Shown in pieces: positions 1 through 12,938 of a stretch of DNA of 64,000 bases. This DNA is from Octopus vulgaris. Its lineage: Eukaryota. Location of the stretch: NCBI GenBank assembly GCA_951406725.2, contig OX597833.1, positions 37,014,001 through 37,078,000 on the forward strand, given 5' to 3'. Position 1 is the stretch's first letter, and every line of letters begins with the position of its first letter. The notes beneath the pieces were generated by a model. The model was not told where the DNA came from. It searched no databases and saw nothing but the letters and a program-made list of their open reading frames with translations. Made by a program: the position numbers and the translations under genes.

Positions 1-680
1 CAAGAAGTGAAAACAGCCACAATGAAATTTGTCTATGATAAAATCTGTCCAGATTGTATTGCAGACTTCCCGAGTGACAAAGAGTCAATAAAAATGTTCA
101 ATAGGAGATTACTGAAATAGCATAGCAGGTCGGATTTAATGAAAGGAATCAAAATATTGAGGAATTACTTGAGCCACATGATAAAGAAATATCTAATGAG
201 GATGCCGTGGAGATGGAACAGCACCAAGCTGAAGAAAGTGACAAGAGTGAGAATGCGAAACAACTACGAATTTGAACAACTAAAGATTTGTCTAAAGATT
301 TACAGCATTTTGATAAAGCTATGTCCATCTTTACCGAGAGATATCCTCAGGGAGTGAGGGAGAGAGAGAGGGGGGAGAGAGAGCTGGTTAATGATTCGAT
401 GCAATTGTTACAAAAATTATACGAAGAAAAGAGAAATAATGTATGACAAACTATGGACATATTCTTCAAGTTAACAATTCTTATTGATTTTTATTTATCT
501 TTAATATATTCATAATACACAAACATATATCAATGTTTTGATATTAGAAGTGTTCTGAGTTTTAATTTAGAAATAGTTATTGTGACTAGAAATATATGGT
601 GGAAATGTAACTCCTGTTTATATCATTAAAGCTAAGAGAAAATTGACTTTGCTTTACGTCATTTCACTTAAAGCCGACAT
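1..680 (+). mobile_element. Tigger/pogo-like DNA transposon, decayed 3' part
   Basis: Manual translation across frameshifts gives QEVKTATMKFVYDKICPDCIADF, GFNERNQNIEELLEPHDKEISNEDAVEMEQ and CYKKLYEEKRNNV*QTMDIFFK, resembling the C-terminus of Tigger-type transposases; contains stops. Right boundary approximate. Confidence 0.7.
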
Positions 681-1455
681 ACACAAATATACGCGCGTGC
701 GCGCAAGTACACACACACATTCATATGCATAGGGATAGATGGATTTACGCATTATGTATGAATGCATCTATGTATACGATGTGGGATCGAATTATTAGTG
801 TGCCGACAAAGATATCTTATAAATTCTGTTCCGCGGCAGTTAACGTCATTTAGCCGAGGATGACTTTGCTTCTATCTCACGGTGTTTGCAAAGTGAGTGA
901 GTACTAAACAAGTACCGTGTCCGATATAATCGGCAATACTCCTGAAAGTGATGCCCTAGCATAGCCATAGTCTAATGACTGAAACAAATACACTCCAATC
1001 ACAAACCCGCAGACATAAGACAGCCAAATTATCAAAACTAAAACAATAAAAACTGAATATAGCAAGAATAGTGAGTGGAATAAGGTGAGAAGAGGTTGAG
1101 AGAGAAAAAAAATGAGGTCAATTCTGCTTACTTTGCTACTGTTATGAAGCGCAGCTGTTATAACAACTGGAACGATAGAGTAATTAGCACGCAGCCGGCC
1201 ACACGTACACACATACACGACACATTAGTGAGATTCACACACATAGACATTTAAATAAACATGCATGTACACACGCGTCCCTACTACCCACACTCGCATG
1301 CACTCATGACATAAGCACATGCATACACATAGTGTATACACACGCACACACACATATGCACGCACACGCAGTAACATTCATGTTCATGTGTGCGCGTAAT
1401 ATGTGTATGTATGTATGTATGTATGTATACATACGCGCGCGCACATACACACATA

Positions 1456-1490
<35 letters not shown>

Positions 1491-1496
1491 GTAATC

Positions 1497-2240
1497 TGTA
1501 AATAAAAGGGATGGAAGAGGTAGTCGAGTACTACAGCTGTTTCAAAAGCACATCGGGTGCATCTTACGTAACATTACGAATGTCTTGTACCCGTATTATG
1601 TACTTTTTCATCAGGTACATGCGACTGCTTAGTTGAAAATAGTCTATCGTAATGGAGAATGTAAAAGAAAGTCAGGCTAACAAAAAGAATTTTTAAAAAA
1701 AGAGTGGAGATTGGAATAGGGGAAAGAACCAACGGCGTGCCCTACTCAAGTAACCTACTACCGTTACCTTACTTTGAACGTATTTTCCTTTTTCTTTATC
1801 TTCTTCTTTCCTCTTCCCTGTTTTTCCCCATATGAACTTTTATTACTCATATTTATCTACCCTAAGCAATAAACATCACAGCTTCTACCGCTCCGGTTGC
1901 CCATTATTGACGCCACACACACATTTTAATGAAATTATAATCTACTGCAGCCATTGCAATAATTTGAGTATGCTGATAACAAAATGTAACTACATCTTGC
2001 TAAGTTAATCGGTGAATAGTACACGCAATCGTTTCTTTACCAATTCCAACCTCCACTCACATCTTTTTTTAATTCTTTCTGCTATCCCGGCTTTTCTTTG
2101 CATTCTCTATTACGGCGACCTGATAAAAAAAAGTATTCCAGACGGCTACAACACATTTGTAAAGCTACGTAAGATGCACCAAATGTGCTTTTAAAATGGC
2201 TGTAATAGTGAACTACCTGTTCCACCCCTTTTGTGTACAA
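1497..2240. repeat. Diverged inverted pair of PLE pseudo-LTR-like repeats (about 1497-1730 and 2030-2240)
   Basis: 2030-2240 is the diverged reverse complement of 1497-1730; its HHR copy (2113-2215) has a broken core (CTGATAA...AAAA). Confidence 0.8.
1522..1626 (-). ncRNA. Type I hammerhead ribozyme with extended helix II
   Basis: Minus strand: agtcg-cat-gtac CTGATGA aaaagtaca...tgtgctttt GAAA cagctg TA gtac-t-cgact. Intact core, 9-bp helix II base, palindromic helix III, GUA site, helix I gtac/gtac plus agtcg/cgact. Confidence 0.8.
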
Positions 2241-3089
2241 ATTTGATTATCGCATAATAAGCAATTTTGTTGCTTTCGAGGTGCAATTGTATAGCACCTG
2301 TTACCTTATCGGAATTTTCTGTCTAATCTCGATATGAGATGAATTGTATTTGATGTAGTGATTTATAAATCTTATTGATCAATGATTAAGTCATCCGTAT
2401 TTTTTATAGGAGCCGAGTTGTGGCTAAAGATTAACCGACTACGTTTTACCACTATCACTTGATTGATTCTGCCACATTATTACTTCATATATATGTATAT
2501 ATCGTTTTATAAATATAATAGATAAAATATGAGTATGTGTAAGGTAGCAAACTGTATATCATACTTAATGCAGATATAACACTGAAAGCTACCATGGCTA
2601 CTTGTCTACTACTTATGTGTATTTGTGTTTTTGAACACTGAGATAAGAGATATTATCTTAGGACGAATACCGTGGTTAATGTGTATATATCCAGACGATA
2701 ATCATATGCAAATATTCCGTATACAGAAATAGACACACACACACACACACACACAAACAAACAAACACACAAACCCACTCTCTCTCTCTCACACACACAT
2801 ATCGCACATACACACATACATGTATGTATATAATAACAGTTTAAAGCTGAATATAATATTTAATATTTTATGGGTTTTTATTATTTATATTATTATTAGT
2901 AATTAGATAAATAACTTACATTAAGTATGTGCAGGATAAATGAAGTTTATAAAAAGTATTTGATACAAATAAATATAAGAACTGAGTGATAATAAGAAAG
3001 AATACACCAGGTGAATATTTAGGAGAGAGCTCTTAATGAAAAATTTACAATATTAGTTGAAATACTACGAGATTGAGTAGCGTTCACTT

Positions 3090-3700
3090 TCTTATTCTGT
3101 CTAATGCCAGTATTTTAGGCCTTGTAAATTTTGAAAATTTCGTTTCTTTAAAAGATTATCGTCTGCTGATAATATCACAGTATCTTTACCTGTGTACAGT
3201 CGAAATATACGTCATTCATCTCCATATAGCGGTGCAGTACCTATGACACTCCACTCGAGTTTAAAATCAATACCTTTTGATTTCAAATTTCAAATGTGAT
3301 TGGTTAATGGTGTCGAGCGAATCAGTTTATTTTAGAGAATGAAGGTTTATGCATTGAATACCTATTTCTCAAGATAGAAGAGTCTATAAATTTTTAATAC
3401 AGTTATGAGTAAAGCTGTTCCTATAAAGGGGCCATTCATTAGCTACTCTACAGTTACAGGTGTGCAATGTAGCAATAAATAATTAATAGTTAGTGGTGCA
3501 CTATTTGCCATTGATATATTAAACATGACAGGGTACGTAGATAGATGTGTTTTTCTTCTTTTTGCAGCAGGTGTATAATTTAATTCATGCACTTCTATAC
3601 TGTTACGGTATGCATGTAGCTTGTCGAAGCTGAGCAGTCACTGTCATCCCTCAGGCAAAAGGTTAATAAACATTCACTGAATAAATCTTCAGTTTAATGC
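3090..3700 (-). mobile_element. Penelope-like element, decayed C-terminal (zinc-knuckle/GIY-YIG) region
   Basis: Minus translation HTCNCRVANEWPL...STPLTNHI*NLKSKGIDFKLEWSVIGTAPLY...ILSADDNLLKKR resembles PLE C-termini (CNCR..CPL; STxLSxHIWxLK; LLNKR). Confidence 0.7.
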
Positions 3701-3752
3701 TAAATCATTTCTATTTTCAACTTTAGATAATATAATATATATATATATATAT

Positions 3753-3787
<35 letters not shown>

Positions 3788-3789
3788 CC

Positions 3790-5465
3790 TTCCTCTCTTT
3801 TGTCAAATCTTTCCATCCTGCCCCCCACTTCTGCACTATTTCCAACACTTCTGTCGCCTTTCTCGACATTTCGGTCAGCATTCATCACTCCACTCTCACC
3901 ATTTCCAACCACTACAAACACACAGACTTCACACTCACACCTCAACTTCTCTTCCTCCCACCCTAAACACACCAAGCTTTCTATCCCCTATTCCCAATTC
4001 TTCCGTCTACGCGGCCTCTGCAGTGACGACTATGACTTTGAGACTCAGTCTTGACTCATGGTTCGCCACTTCATCCTACGTGGATATCCCCTCACCACTA
4101 TCCACACCGCCCTTGCCAGAGCACGTTCTGTGGACCGTGCATCTGCTATCTCCCTCCACACCCGCCCGCCATTGCCCGTCTCCCGTTTCCCCTCACTTAC
4201 CACCCCACCACCCTACCTCTCCAACGCACCATTCTCCGAGCCTTCCGGCAACTCAAGTCCGATCCCTCCATTTCGCACATCTTCCCTAACCGACCCCTCC
4301 CCTCCTTCAAACGAGCCCACAACCTAAGAGACCTCTTGGTCCTCAGCTTCTTCCGTAACTCAACCTCCCAACCTGGCTCGTTACCCTGCTCTCGCCCACG
4401 CTGCCGCACTTATCCCTTACCTCTCCAACACCACTCTCCTCACGGGCACCCATCATCGACCCTATCATATCACTGACTCCTTCACCTGCACTTCTAGCAA
4501 CGTCATCTACTGCATCTCCTGCTCCCTCCATCCTCTATACATCGGTCAAACGGGACGCCGCTTGGTTGACCGGTTCGTGGAACACCTCCGAGACATCAGA
4601 CTCGGCAATGACACTCCGGTCTCGCGCCATTTCCGCTCTACCGGTCATTCTTTACAACACCTGTCTGTGTTCGGATTGTCCTTGCACATGGGCCATTCGG
4701 ACTCCGTCTTCGTCGTGAACAGGGATTAATCTTCTCTCTTCACTCCTTTTCGCCACATGGGCTCAACTTTCATCCTCTCTCCTCTCTTTCTCTCACACCT
4801 ACTTCCTCCCACCCACCTCCCCTCTCTTGCTCTGACACCTACTTCCTCTCTTCCCTCCTACTCACCTTATCTCTTCATCGTCACCCCCTCCCTCGTTACC
4901 CCACCCCTACTAATTCCAACCCCACTATCCCTATACATCCCATCCCATTCCCCATCCCTTACACCCACACATACCCCACCCTTGCTTCCCCCACACCCCA
5001 ACACTACCACACCACACCACACCACACACCGCCACACACCACCACACCACACCACATCACACCACCCCGCACATACTACCACTGACCACTTCCCAGCACC
5101 CACACTATCATCCACACACCTACACATGCACACACGCACACGTCAAGGTCACCAGCGCCCATCCACACGCGCACACACACGTTCTCACATACAAACGCAT
5201 GTGCATCTTCGTTTTGGGATCACCACTACTTTATTCTCTCCCCTTCTTCCTAGCTCTCTTGTGTCCAGCATTCGGCATGATAGATCGCTAACCACTAAAC
5301 CTTTTTCATTTTCTCTCCCTGTTTATTTCTGTGTTCCTTTCTGTTGAAGAGCGTAGGCTCGTCACTTAAAAGACTTTCTCACTTCCCGAGCGTTAAAGTA
5401 ATACATCTGTCTGTTGTTTACACACGCGTCTTCGTCTTTTGTGTTTTTTTTTTGCAAATTCCCAC
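3790..5465 (+). mobile_element. Penelope-like element (Neptune-like), 5'-truncated, frameshifted, with 3' pseudo-LTR
   Basis: SVAFLDISVSI...HLNFSSSHPKHTKLSIPYSQFFRLRGLCSDD (RT C-terminus/thumb), LPLTYHP, CSRPRCRT, and GIY-YIG NVIYCISCSLHPLYIGQTGRRLVDRFVEH (~4499-4590). The C-rich 3' UTR carries a degenerate HHR (5337-5372) and ends at (TA)n. Confidence 0.9.
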
Positions 5466-5472
5466 TATATAT

Positions 5473-6790
5473 ATCCACCTCCTGAAGACAGCAAAGGACG
5501 GAACTCTGCTGGTATCTTTCGATGTGGTGAATCTATACACTAATATCCCACACGACTATGGTATAAAAGCAATCACATTTTGGCTAGAAAAATACCCAGA
5601 AGAGATCCCAGGTCGAATTAACCCCAATTTTATAATTGAAGCACTGAAATTCGTCCTGTTGAACAATCATTTCTTGTTCGATACTACTTACTATCGACAG
5701 AAATGCGGAATTGCAATGGGGACCAGAGCTGCTCCAGTGATTGCAAACCTCGTAATGGTTTACCACGAACTTAAGTTATACCAATCATCACTAGAAAAAT
5801 ATGGCGCCTCTTTCAATTGCTACTTAAAGGAGAACTGGAAGAGATATTTAGATGATTGCTTCATGCTTTGGCAAGATAGCATGGATCAACTCCTTGAGTT
5901 CAAAAGAATGCTCAACAACATACACAGCAATATACAATTCACTATGGAACACAAAATTTTAATTAGAATAGTTAACAATCACATAGAAACAGACATCTTT
6001 TATAAACCCACAGATTCTAAACAATACCTATTATTTAACTCTTGCCACCCCAAACACATAAAAATCAACATACCCTTTAACCTAGCAAAAAGAATCTGCA
6101 CCATAGTTTCCGATACATACACTCGTGAACATAGACTCCTTGAACTTAGATCTACACTAACTAGAAGACACTACCCAATCTCATTAGTAAATGAAGGCAT
6201 CAAAAGAGATAAGGAAATAGATATACAAAGATTAAGGAAAACTAGCCGAAATACTGAACAAGACTTAAAAATACTCCCGTACATCTCCACACATAACCCC
6301 AGAAACAACGAAGCCTTCAACATCATCACCCAAAACCTTCCCATCCTCACAGCAGACAAAACAATGAACGAAATTTTAAGCTCATATAAAATTATAAAAA
6401 GCAAAAAGCAACCAAAGTCACTGAAAAGAATATTAACCAGCGCTAGACTTTACCCACTAACTACTGAGCCAAAAGTGACAAAATGTGGACGTTCTAATTG
6501 TGGAACACGCCCCCACCTTCTGGAGGGTTCAGAATTCCAATTCAAACAAGGAGAAATATTTAAGATCAAATCAAATTTCACCTGCGCCTCAGCAAATGTA
6601 ATCTATGTCATGACATGCATAGGATGTGGTAAACTCTATATTGGACAAACAGGAATTTCGCTCCGTCAAAGAATCACCATTCACAAAGAGCAAGTCCGTC
6701 ACCCACAATACACACAGTTAAAGGTGAGTGAACACATAGAAAGATGTGCCAGGAATCTTAATCCCAATTTCCAAATATTTCCCATTGAAG
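5473..6790 (+). mobile_element. Penelope-like element RT + GIY-YIG endonuclease ORF (part of ORF 5344-6810), truncated
   Basis: LVSFDVVNLYTNIPH, GIAMGTRAAPVIANL, WKRYLDD, FYKPTDSKQYLLFNSCHP, CGRSNC, NVIYVMTCIGCGKLYIGQTG. The first ~43 codons of the listed ORF are read-through from the neighbouring pLTR. Confidence 0.95.
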
Positions 6791-7140
6791 CGAGGATAGC
6801 TGTAAACTGAGTTTTATGGATGCATTAGAGGTCCTAAAGGTCTACTTAATGAATCAGCGTAACAACTCATTGATCTCGTGTTCCTAAAAATCCAGTCAAA
6901 CATTCTTAAAAATTCTGATTAACTAACTGAATTAAATAATTTTAATGATATCCTTCTTATTCATTGTCTCGGTTTCAAATTTATCACAGGTGAATCTGTA
7001 TATTATATTCTACATCACGAAATATCCCACTTACATAATTTCTTACGTAACTAATCAATCTATTTATTTAGTTCGATTGTAAATGATCTTATCCTCTCCA
7101 ACAATACTCATATCAATCTCAAACAATACCCTGTACTTTA

Positions 7141-7379
7141 AGGCGGCGACCTGGCAGAAACGTTAGCGCGCCGGGCGAAATGCTTAGCGGTATTTCGTCT
7201 GTCGTTACGTTCTGAGTTCAAATTCCGCCGAGGTCGACTTTACCTTTCATCCGTTCGGGGTCGATAAATAAAGTACCAGTTTCGCACTGGGGTCGATGTA
7301 ATCGACTTACTCCCTTTGTCTGTCCTTGTTTGTGCCCTCTATGTTTAGCCCCTTGTAGGCAGTAAAGAAATATATATAT
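7141..7379 (+). mobile_element. tRNA-derived SINE, family B, with 10-bp TSD
   Basis: A-box-like tggcagaaacg, B-box gagttcaaattc, central gaggtcgactttacctttcatcc..ggggtcgataaa domain; cctgtacttt is duplicated at 7130-7139 and 7380-7389. Confidence 0.85.
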
Positions 7380-7904
7380 CCTGTACTTTTATTTTAGCCC
7401 CTTGTTGTCATTACTTTTTAAACTTATCTTTAACATGATATATTTTTTTTTAATATTCTGAGAATATATAGTAATAAACTACCGTTTCTTTGAACATTTC
7501 CGTTTTCACTCCTAACTTCTTATCTCTGTATCTTTAGTATAAAGATACAATAAATTAGAAGGTTCCCAACATGTCAATATTAGTGGCCCTGTTGTTTACA
7601 ATTGATAGAACACAGGGTAATTAAAAGACAACCTGTCTCTATAGTCTCTCCACTTGAATGAATTTCTGACAGTGTAACAACCTACTGTTTATAATTTATT
7701 ATTCTGTTTCCTTTCTTCCTTTCTCGTTTATTATATTTAATAAAAATCATTCTTATATGTAAACCAGTATCATTTTTAAATATCACCTTTGTAACCAGCT
7801 GGAAGAAATAGTTTGTAGAACTGTCATTTAATATGCGATGACTTCACGTGATGTTTATATATGTATAACTCATCATGCTGATTGATAAAAATAGAGACAA
7901 GTGA

Positions 7905-8100
7905 TTACTCTTTTACTTGTTTCAGTCATTTGACTGCGGCCATGCTGGAGCACCGCCTCTAGTCGAGCAAATCGACCCCGGGACTTATTCTTTGTAAGCT
8001 CAGTACTTATTCTATCGGTCTCTTTTGCCGAACCGCTAAGTGACGGGGACGTAAACACACCAGCATCGGTTGTCAAGCAATGCTAGGGGGACAAACACAG

Positions 8101-8135
<35 letters not shown>

Positions 8136-8300
8136 CATATATATGACAGGCTTCTTTCAGTTTCCGTCTACCAAATCCACTCACAAGGCATTGGTCGGCC
8201 CGAGGCTATAGTAGAAGACACTTGCCCAAGGTGCCACGCAGTGGGACTGAACCCGGAACCATGTGGTTGGTAAACAAGCTACTTACCACACAGCCACTCC
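7905..8300 (-). mobile_element. tRNA-derived SINE, family A
   Basis: Reverse complement of the 39695-40123 copy; internal (CA)/(TA) microsatellite; tail of gtaaaaga repeats. Confidence 0.9.
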
Positions 8301-8884
8301 GAAAAGATCATCATTGATTAAAGAATACAATACCGTTTAACTTCGTTTCTTTACTACATATAAATACAGTATATTTTAATCTATAACCATAAACATATAT
8401 AACCCTCCCTTGATGCACATGTATACAGTGCACAACATAAAGACACACATGCTCTTAAACTCATATATACAAACACTACATATACACAAACGCAAGCATA
8501 AGCGTATTTACACACAAACACTCGTCTTAAAAGCGAAGGCACAATTTCATTAAAATATTTGTTTGCTTGATAAATAACCGTCATAGACTTATGTAATTAT
8601 CAAAATTTTGAATCTAATTAGTTTTCCATAGCTCTCACTTCGATTTTAAAAATCTCGCTCTTACATATTTTTACTTCTGTCAACTTCCTCTCTTTATCGT
8701 TCTGACTCTCGTCAATGCATCTCTACCTCCCTATCACATAATCGCTCATATAAGTAGATAGGAAAACATAAATAAACCTAAAGTATGAGCATAAAATATG
8801 TGATGTTTCTCTATCAGTGTGCGTGCGTGTATAAAAGTGGGATATAAAGTGATGGATGCCTATATATATATATATATATATATA

Positions 8885-9354
<470 letters not shown>

Positions 9355-10000
9355 GCCTATCTCACTAACTTCACACATCAGCAAAGTAGCCGAACGAATA
9401 GTCAGAAAGGAACAAATTGCATCCTTTGATGACTAACATCCAGCATAGTTTTCGACCAAGCCAGAGGTTTTACTGCACAACGACTGAGTGTTAAAGCAGC
9501 TGTTCAACAACTCAAATCTGGATGTGAAATATCTCGACTTAGCAAAAGCTTTTCATAAAGTCGACCACGATGTGATATGCCATAAGCTGCGTAATTTTGT
9601 CAAAGAAAAATTGGTGAGTGGCTACATGAAATTTTAAAAGACAGAAGTGAGGCGGCACAGTGGCCAATGACGTCACCTCCAAAGAAACACAAACAATGAG
9701 TGATGTTCCACAAGGCACTGAGTTAAGGTCACAGCTATTCATAGAGACCCACTCAGACATAACCTCAACTGCTCAGATAACCACCCTTGCTAGCAATGCA
9801 GATGATGCAAAAGCCTTTTAGGGGATATGTAACTGTTGAGATATCGCTTACCTGCAACAAGAATTGGATGCAATGTACAGGTACGCTGAGGTTATAAGCA
9901 TGCATTTTAATGCTGGAAAATTTCAAGCTCTGAGCTACTAACTAATACACGAAACTAAATGAAATGCAGATAGAATACACTGGCCAAAGAGGGATTGCAA
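9355..10000 (+). mobile_element. CR1-type LINE reverse transcriptase fragment, decayed
   Basis: PISLTSHISKVAERIV, QHSFRP, DVKYLDLAKAFHKVDH, SDVPQGTELRSQLF, ASNADDAK are degenerate CR1 RT motifs (YLDFAKAFDKVDH, SGVPQG, YADDTK). Confidence 0.85.
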
Positions 10001-10750
10001 TCCCTGATTTTATTTTATTTATTATTTTTTTTTGTCGAATGAATCGTCACAAATACTTATTTTTAAAAGCCTGGTACTTATTATACTGGGTCCTTTTGCC
10101 GAACCACCAAATTACGTGGACGTAAACACACCAGCATCGCTTGTCAAGCGGTAGTGGGGGACAGAGACGCAAATAGACACACACTTGCCCATGGTGCCAC
10201 GCAGAGCGACTGAACCGGGAAATATATGGTAGGCAAGTGTCCTACCATACAGTCACACCTAGACAATAAAAAAGAGGGCTGTCAATTTTCATGATCAGGT
10301 TATAAGTGAGAAAGGGCAAAATGAAGACTAAAATGATCATTTATCTATTTATACAAACTCTACGATACTATGGAATTTCTGATGCATACCAATTAGCAGG
10401 GGCATTTCCAATGTATGAGGACATATATACAAATATACATACATACATACATACATACATACATACATACATACATACAGACAGATATAGATACAAACAT
10501 ACAAATGTATTAATACCGCTATATAGGATATGTTTATACATAGATTTCACACACATACCTAGATATATAAATATCTAAACGTTTATGTATATAGAAATAT
10601 GTAAAATTTAAATACTATGCATGCATTCAGATATATATGAATATTATCCAGTGGCAGTGACCCACCCTGCATACACCTTACTGGCTGAAACAAATGAAAA
10701 GATATATTTATAAATAAATAATTCAAACATTCGCACACGCACATACACAC

Positions 10751-10819
<69 letters not shown>

Positions 10820-10983
10820 GAGGGCATTATTACACATAAATGCCGCACGCTAGGAGGGACTCTTAAAGTCAAAACTACCAAAATAAACATATCGTACCGA
10901 ATGCAAGTCTCGAAGCGAGTCATTTAAAAACAGAATTTAGCTGCAGATCCAAGCGTGCGGCATTTATGTGTAATAATGCCCTC
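10820..10983. mobile_element. MITE with perfect 32-bp terminal inverted repeats, flanked by TA
   Basis: gagggcattattacacataaatgccgcacgct (10820-10851) and its exact reverse complement (10952-10983), TA on both sides. Confidence 0.85.
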
Positions 10984-11461
10984 TATATAATATAAATATA
11001 TATATTCAAGTGGAAAAAATTTACAGATTTTTTCTCTTATGAGATTTTTCACGCTAACTACTTGATAATTTCTTATGAAGATTTTATCCTATTTTTAAAT
11101 TATATATATATATATATTTCTTTACTGCCCACAAGAGGCTAAACATAGAGGGGACAAACAAGGACAGACGAAACTGGTACTTTATTTATCGACCCCAAAA
11201 GGATGAAAGGCAAAGTTGACCTCAGATATGAAAAACTTTTATCTGTCTATCAATATATCTATTTATCGATTTATTTATCTCGTTCGGTAGTAAGCGACCC
11301 GTACGTACACGCACACACACACACGGACACACGCGCGCATGCATGCACACAAATTACTCATAGACTTAAAACAACAAAGATGGACATAAAACGTACTTAT
11401 TTCCACTTTTGTTTCAGTGTATAGTCTCTCATTCTCTCTCTTTCTCTTTCCCTCTCTTTCT

Positions 11462-11524
<63 letters not shown>

Positions 11525-12168
11525 CATAACAATGGCTAAAAGATATCGGAAATTAATTCGATTTCACTTCACGGTGGCTATCTGTCAAAATATAAAAGAA
11601 CATTGGGTCGTGTTTTGTATACAGCACAAATTACATACATACACACATACATACATACATACATACATACACACACACACATACATACACACACATACAT
11701 ACATACATACATACATACATACATACACACATACATACATACATACATACACATGCACGCACTCACGCTCGCACGCACACACACACATTACTTAAATATA
11801 TACATACATGTATGCGTGTGTGTGTTTTCGTAATATGGCTTTTTATCTCCTATCCCTTAAATACAGTTTTTTTTTCTGTTGCTTCCATAAAGTGTATGCG
11901 GCGTATGTAAATGTTACTGAAGAAGCAGCGAACTGGTCCGACTTCTTTTTTGTCATTCTTCTTAATTTTTCAAACAGTTCGTCTATTTTAATCTGTTTCG
12001 TTCAGCTCTTTCCATTTTCAATTTGAGTTCACATATTAATTTTCATTTCTTAAGAAACTGACTTTCTTGGCACTTGAAACTCGATTACTCAGTATCGTAA
12101 ATAATTAACAAAATCCAAAATTACAAAAGAAAACAAAAATCAACTAAAAAACTAAAAGAGAAAATTCT

Positions 12169-12328
12169 GGCGAAGGTGTTGCATGTGTTAAGAAATTTGC
12201 TAACCAACCATATGTTTCTGGGTTCAGTCCTATTGCATGGCACCTTGAGCAAGTGTCTTTGTGCTATCACTCCGGGCTGATTAAGCCTCGTGAATGGATT
12301 TGGTTGATGGAAATTAGAAGAAGCACGT

Positions 12329-12406
<78 letters not shown>

Positions 12407-12575
12407 TGAGTGTGTAGTACATATCAATGTGCGTGTTTACGCTTGTCCCCCAACGTCAACCAATAGGGATTTGTTTACGTCCCCGGTTCGATAAAAAGAA
12501 GTCCGATAAAATAAGAACCAGGCTTTCAAAAGATAAGTACAAGGCTCCATTTGTTTGACTAAACACTTCAAAGCT
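12169..12575 (+). mobile_element. SINE family A, diverged
   Basis: Head ggcgaaggtgttgcatgtgttaag...gggttcagtcc, internal (TG)n, recognisable 3' half. Confidence 0.75.
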
Positions 12576-12629
12576 TAATAAAATTGCCCCAAAGCAATAT
12601 CGTGAAAACCGAGTAGTGCGTAAAGCGAG

Positions 12630-12786
<157 letters not shown>

Positions 12787-12856
12787 GCTAGCTATCTGTT
12801 TGTCTGTTTATCTATCTATCTATACAATATATAACATGTGTATATATGTATGTATG

Positions 12857-12936
<80 letters not shown>

Positions 12937-12938
<2 letters not shown>

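Noticed and set aside
3090-3700. In-frame TGA codons as selenocysteine, as reported for some Naiad PLEs
   Set aside because: The TGAs I read fall at Trp/Arg-type positions rather than conserved Cys in a heavily decayed copy; ordinary nonsense decay is simpler.
4757-5347. 196-aa Pro/His/Thr-rich ORF
   Set aside because: Low-complexity C-rich 3' UTR of the Penelope-like element, not a recognisable protein.
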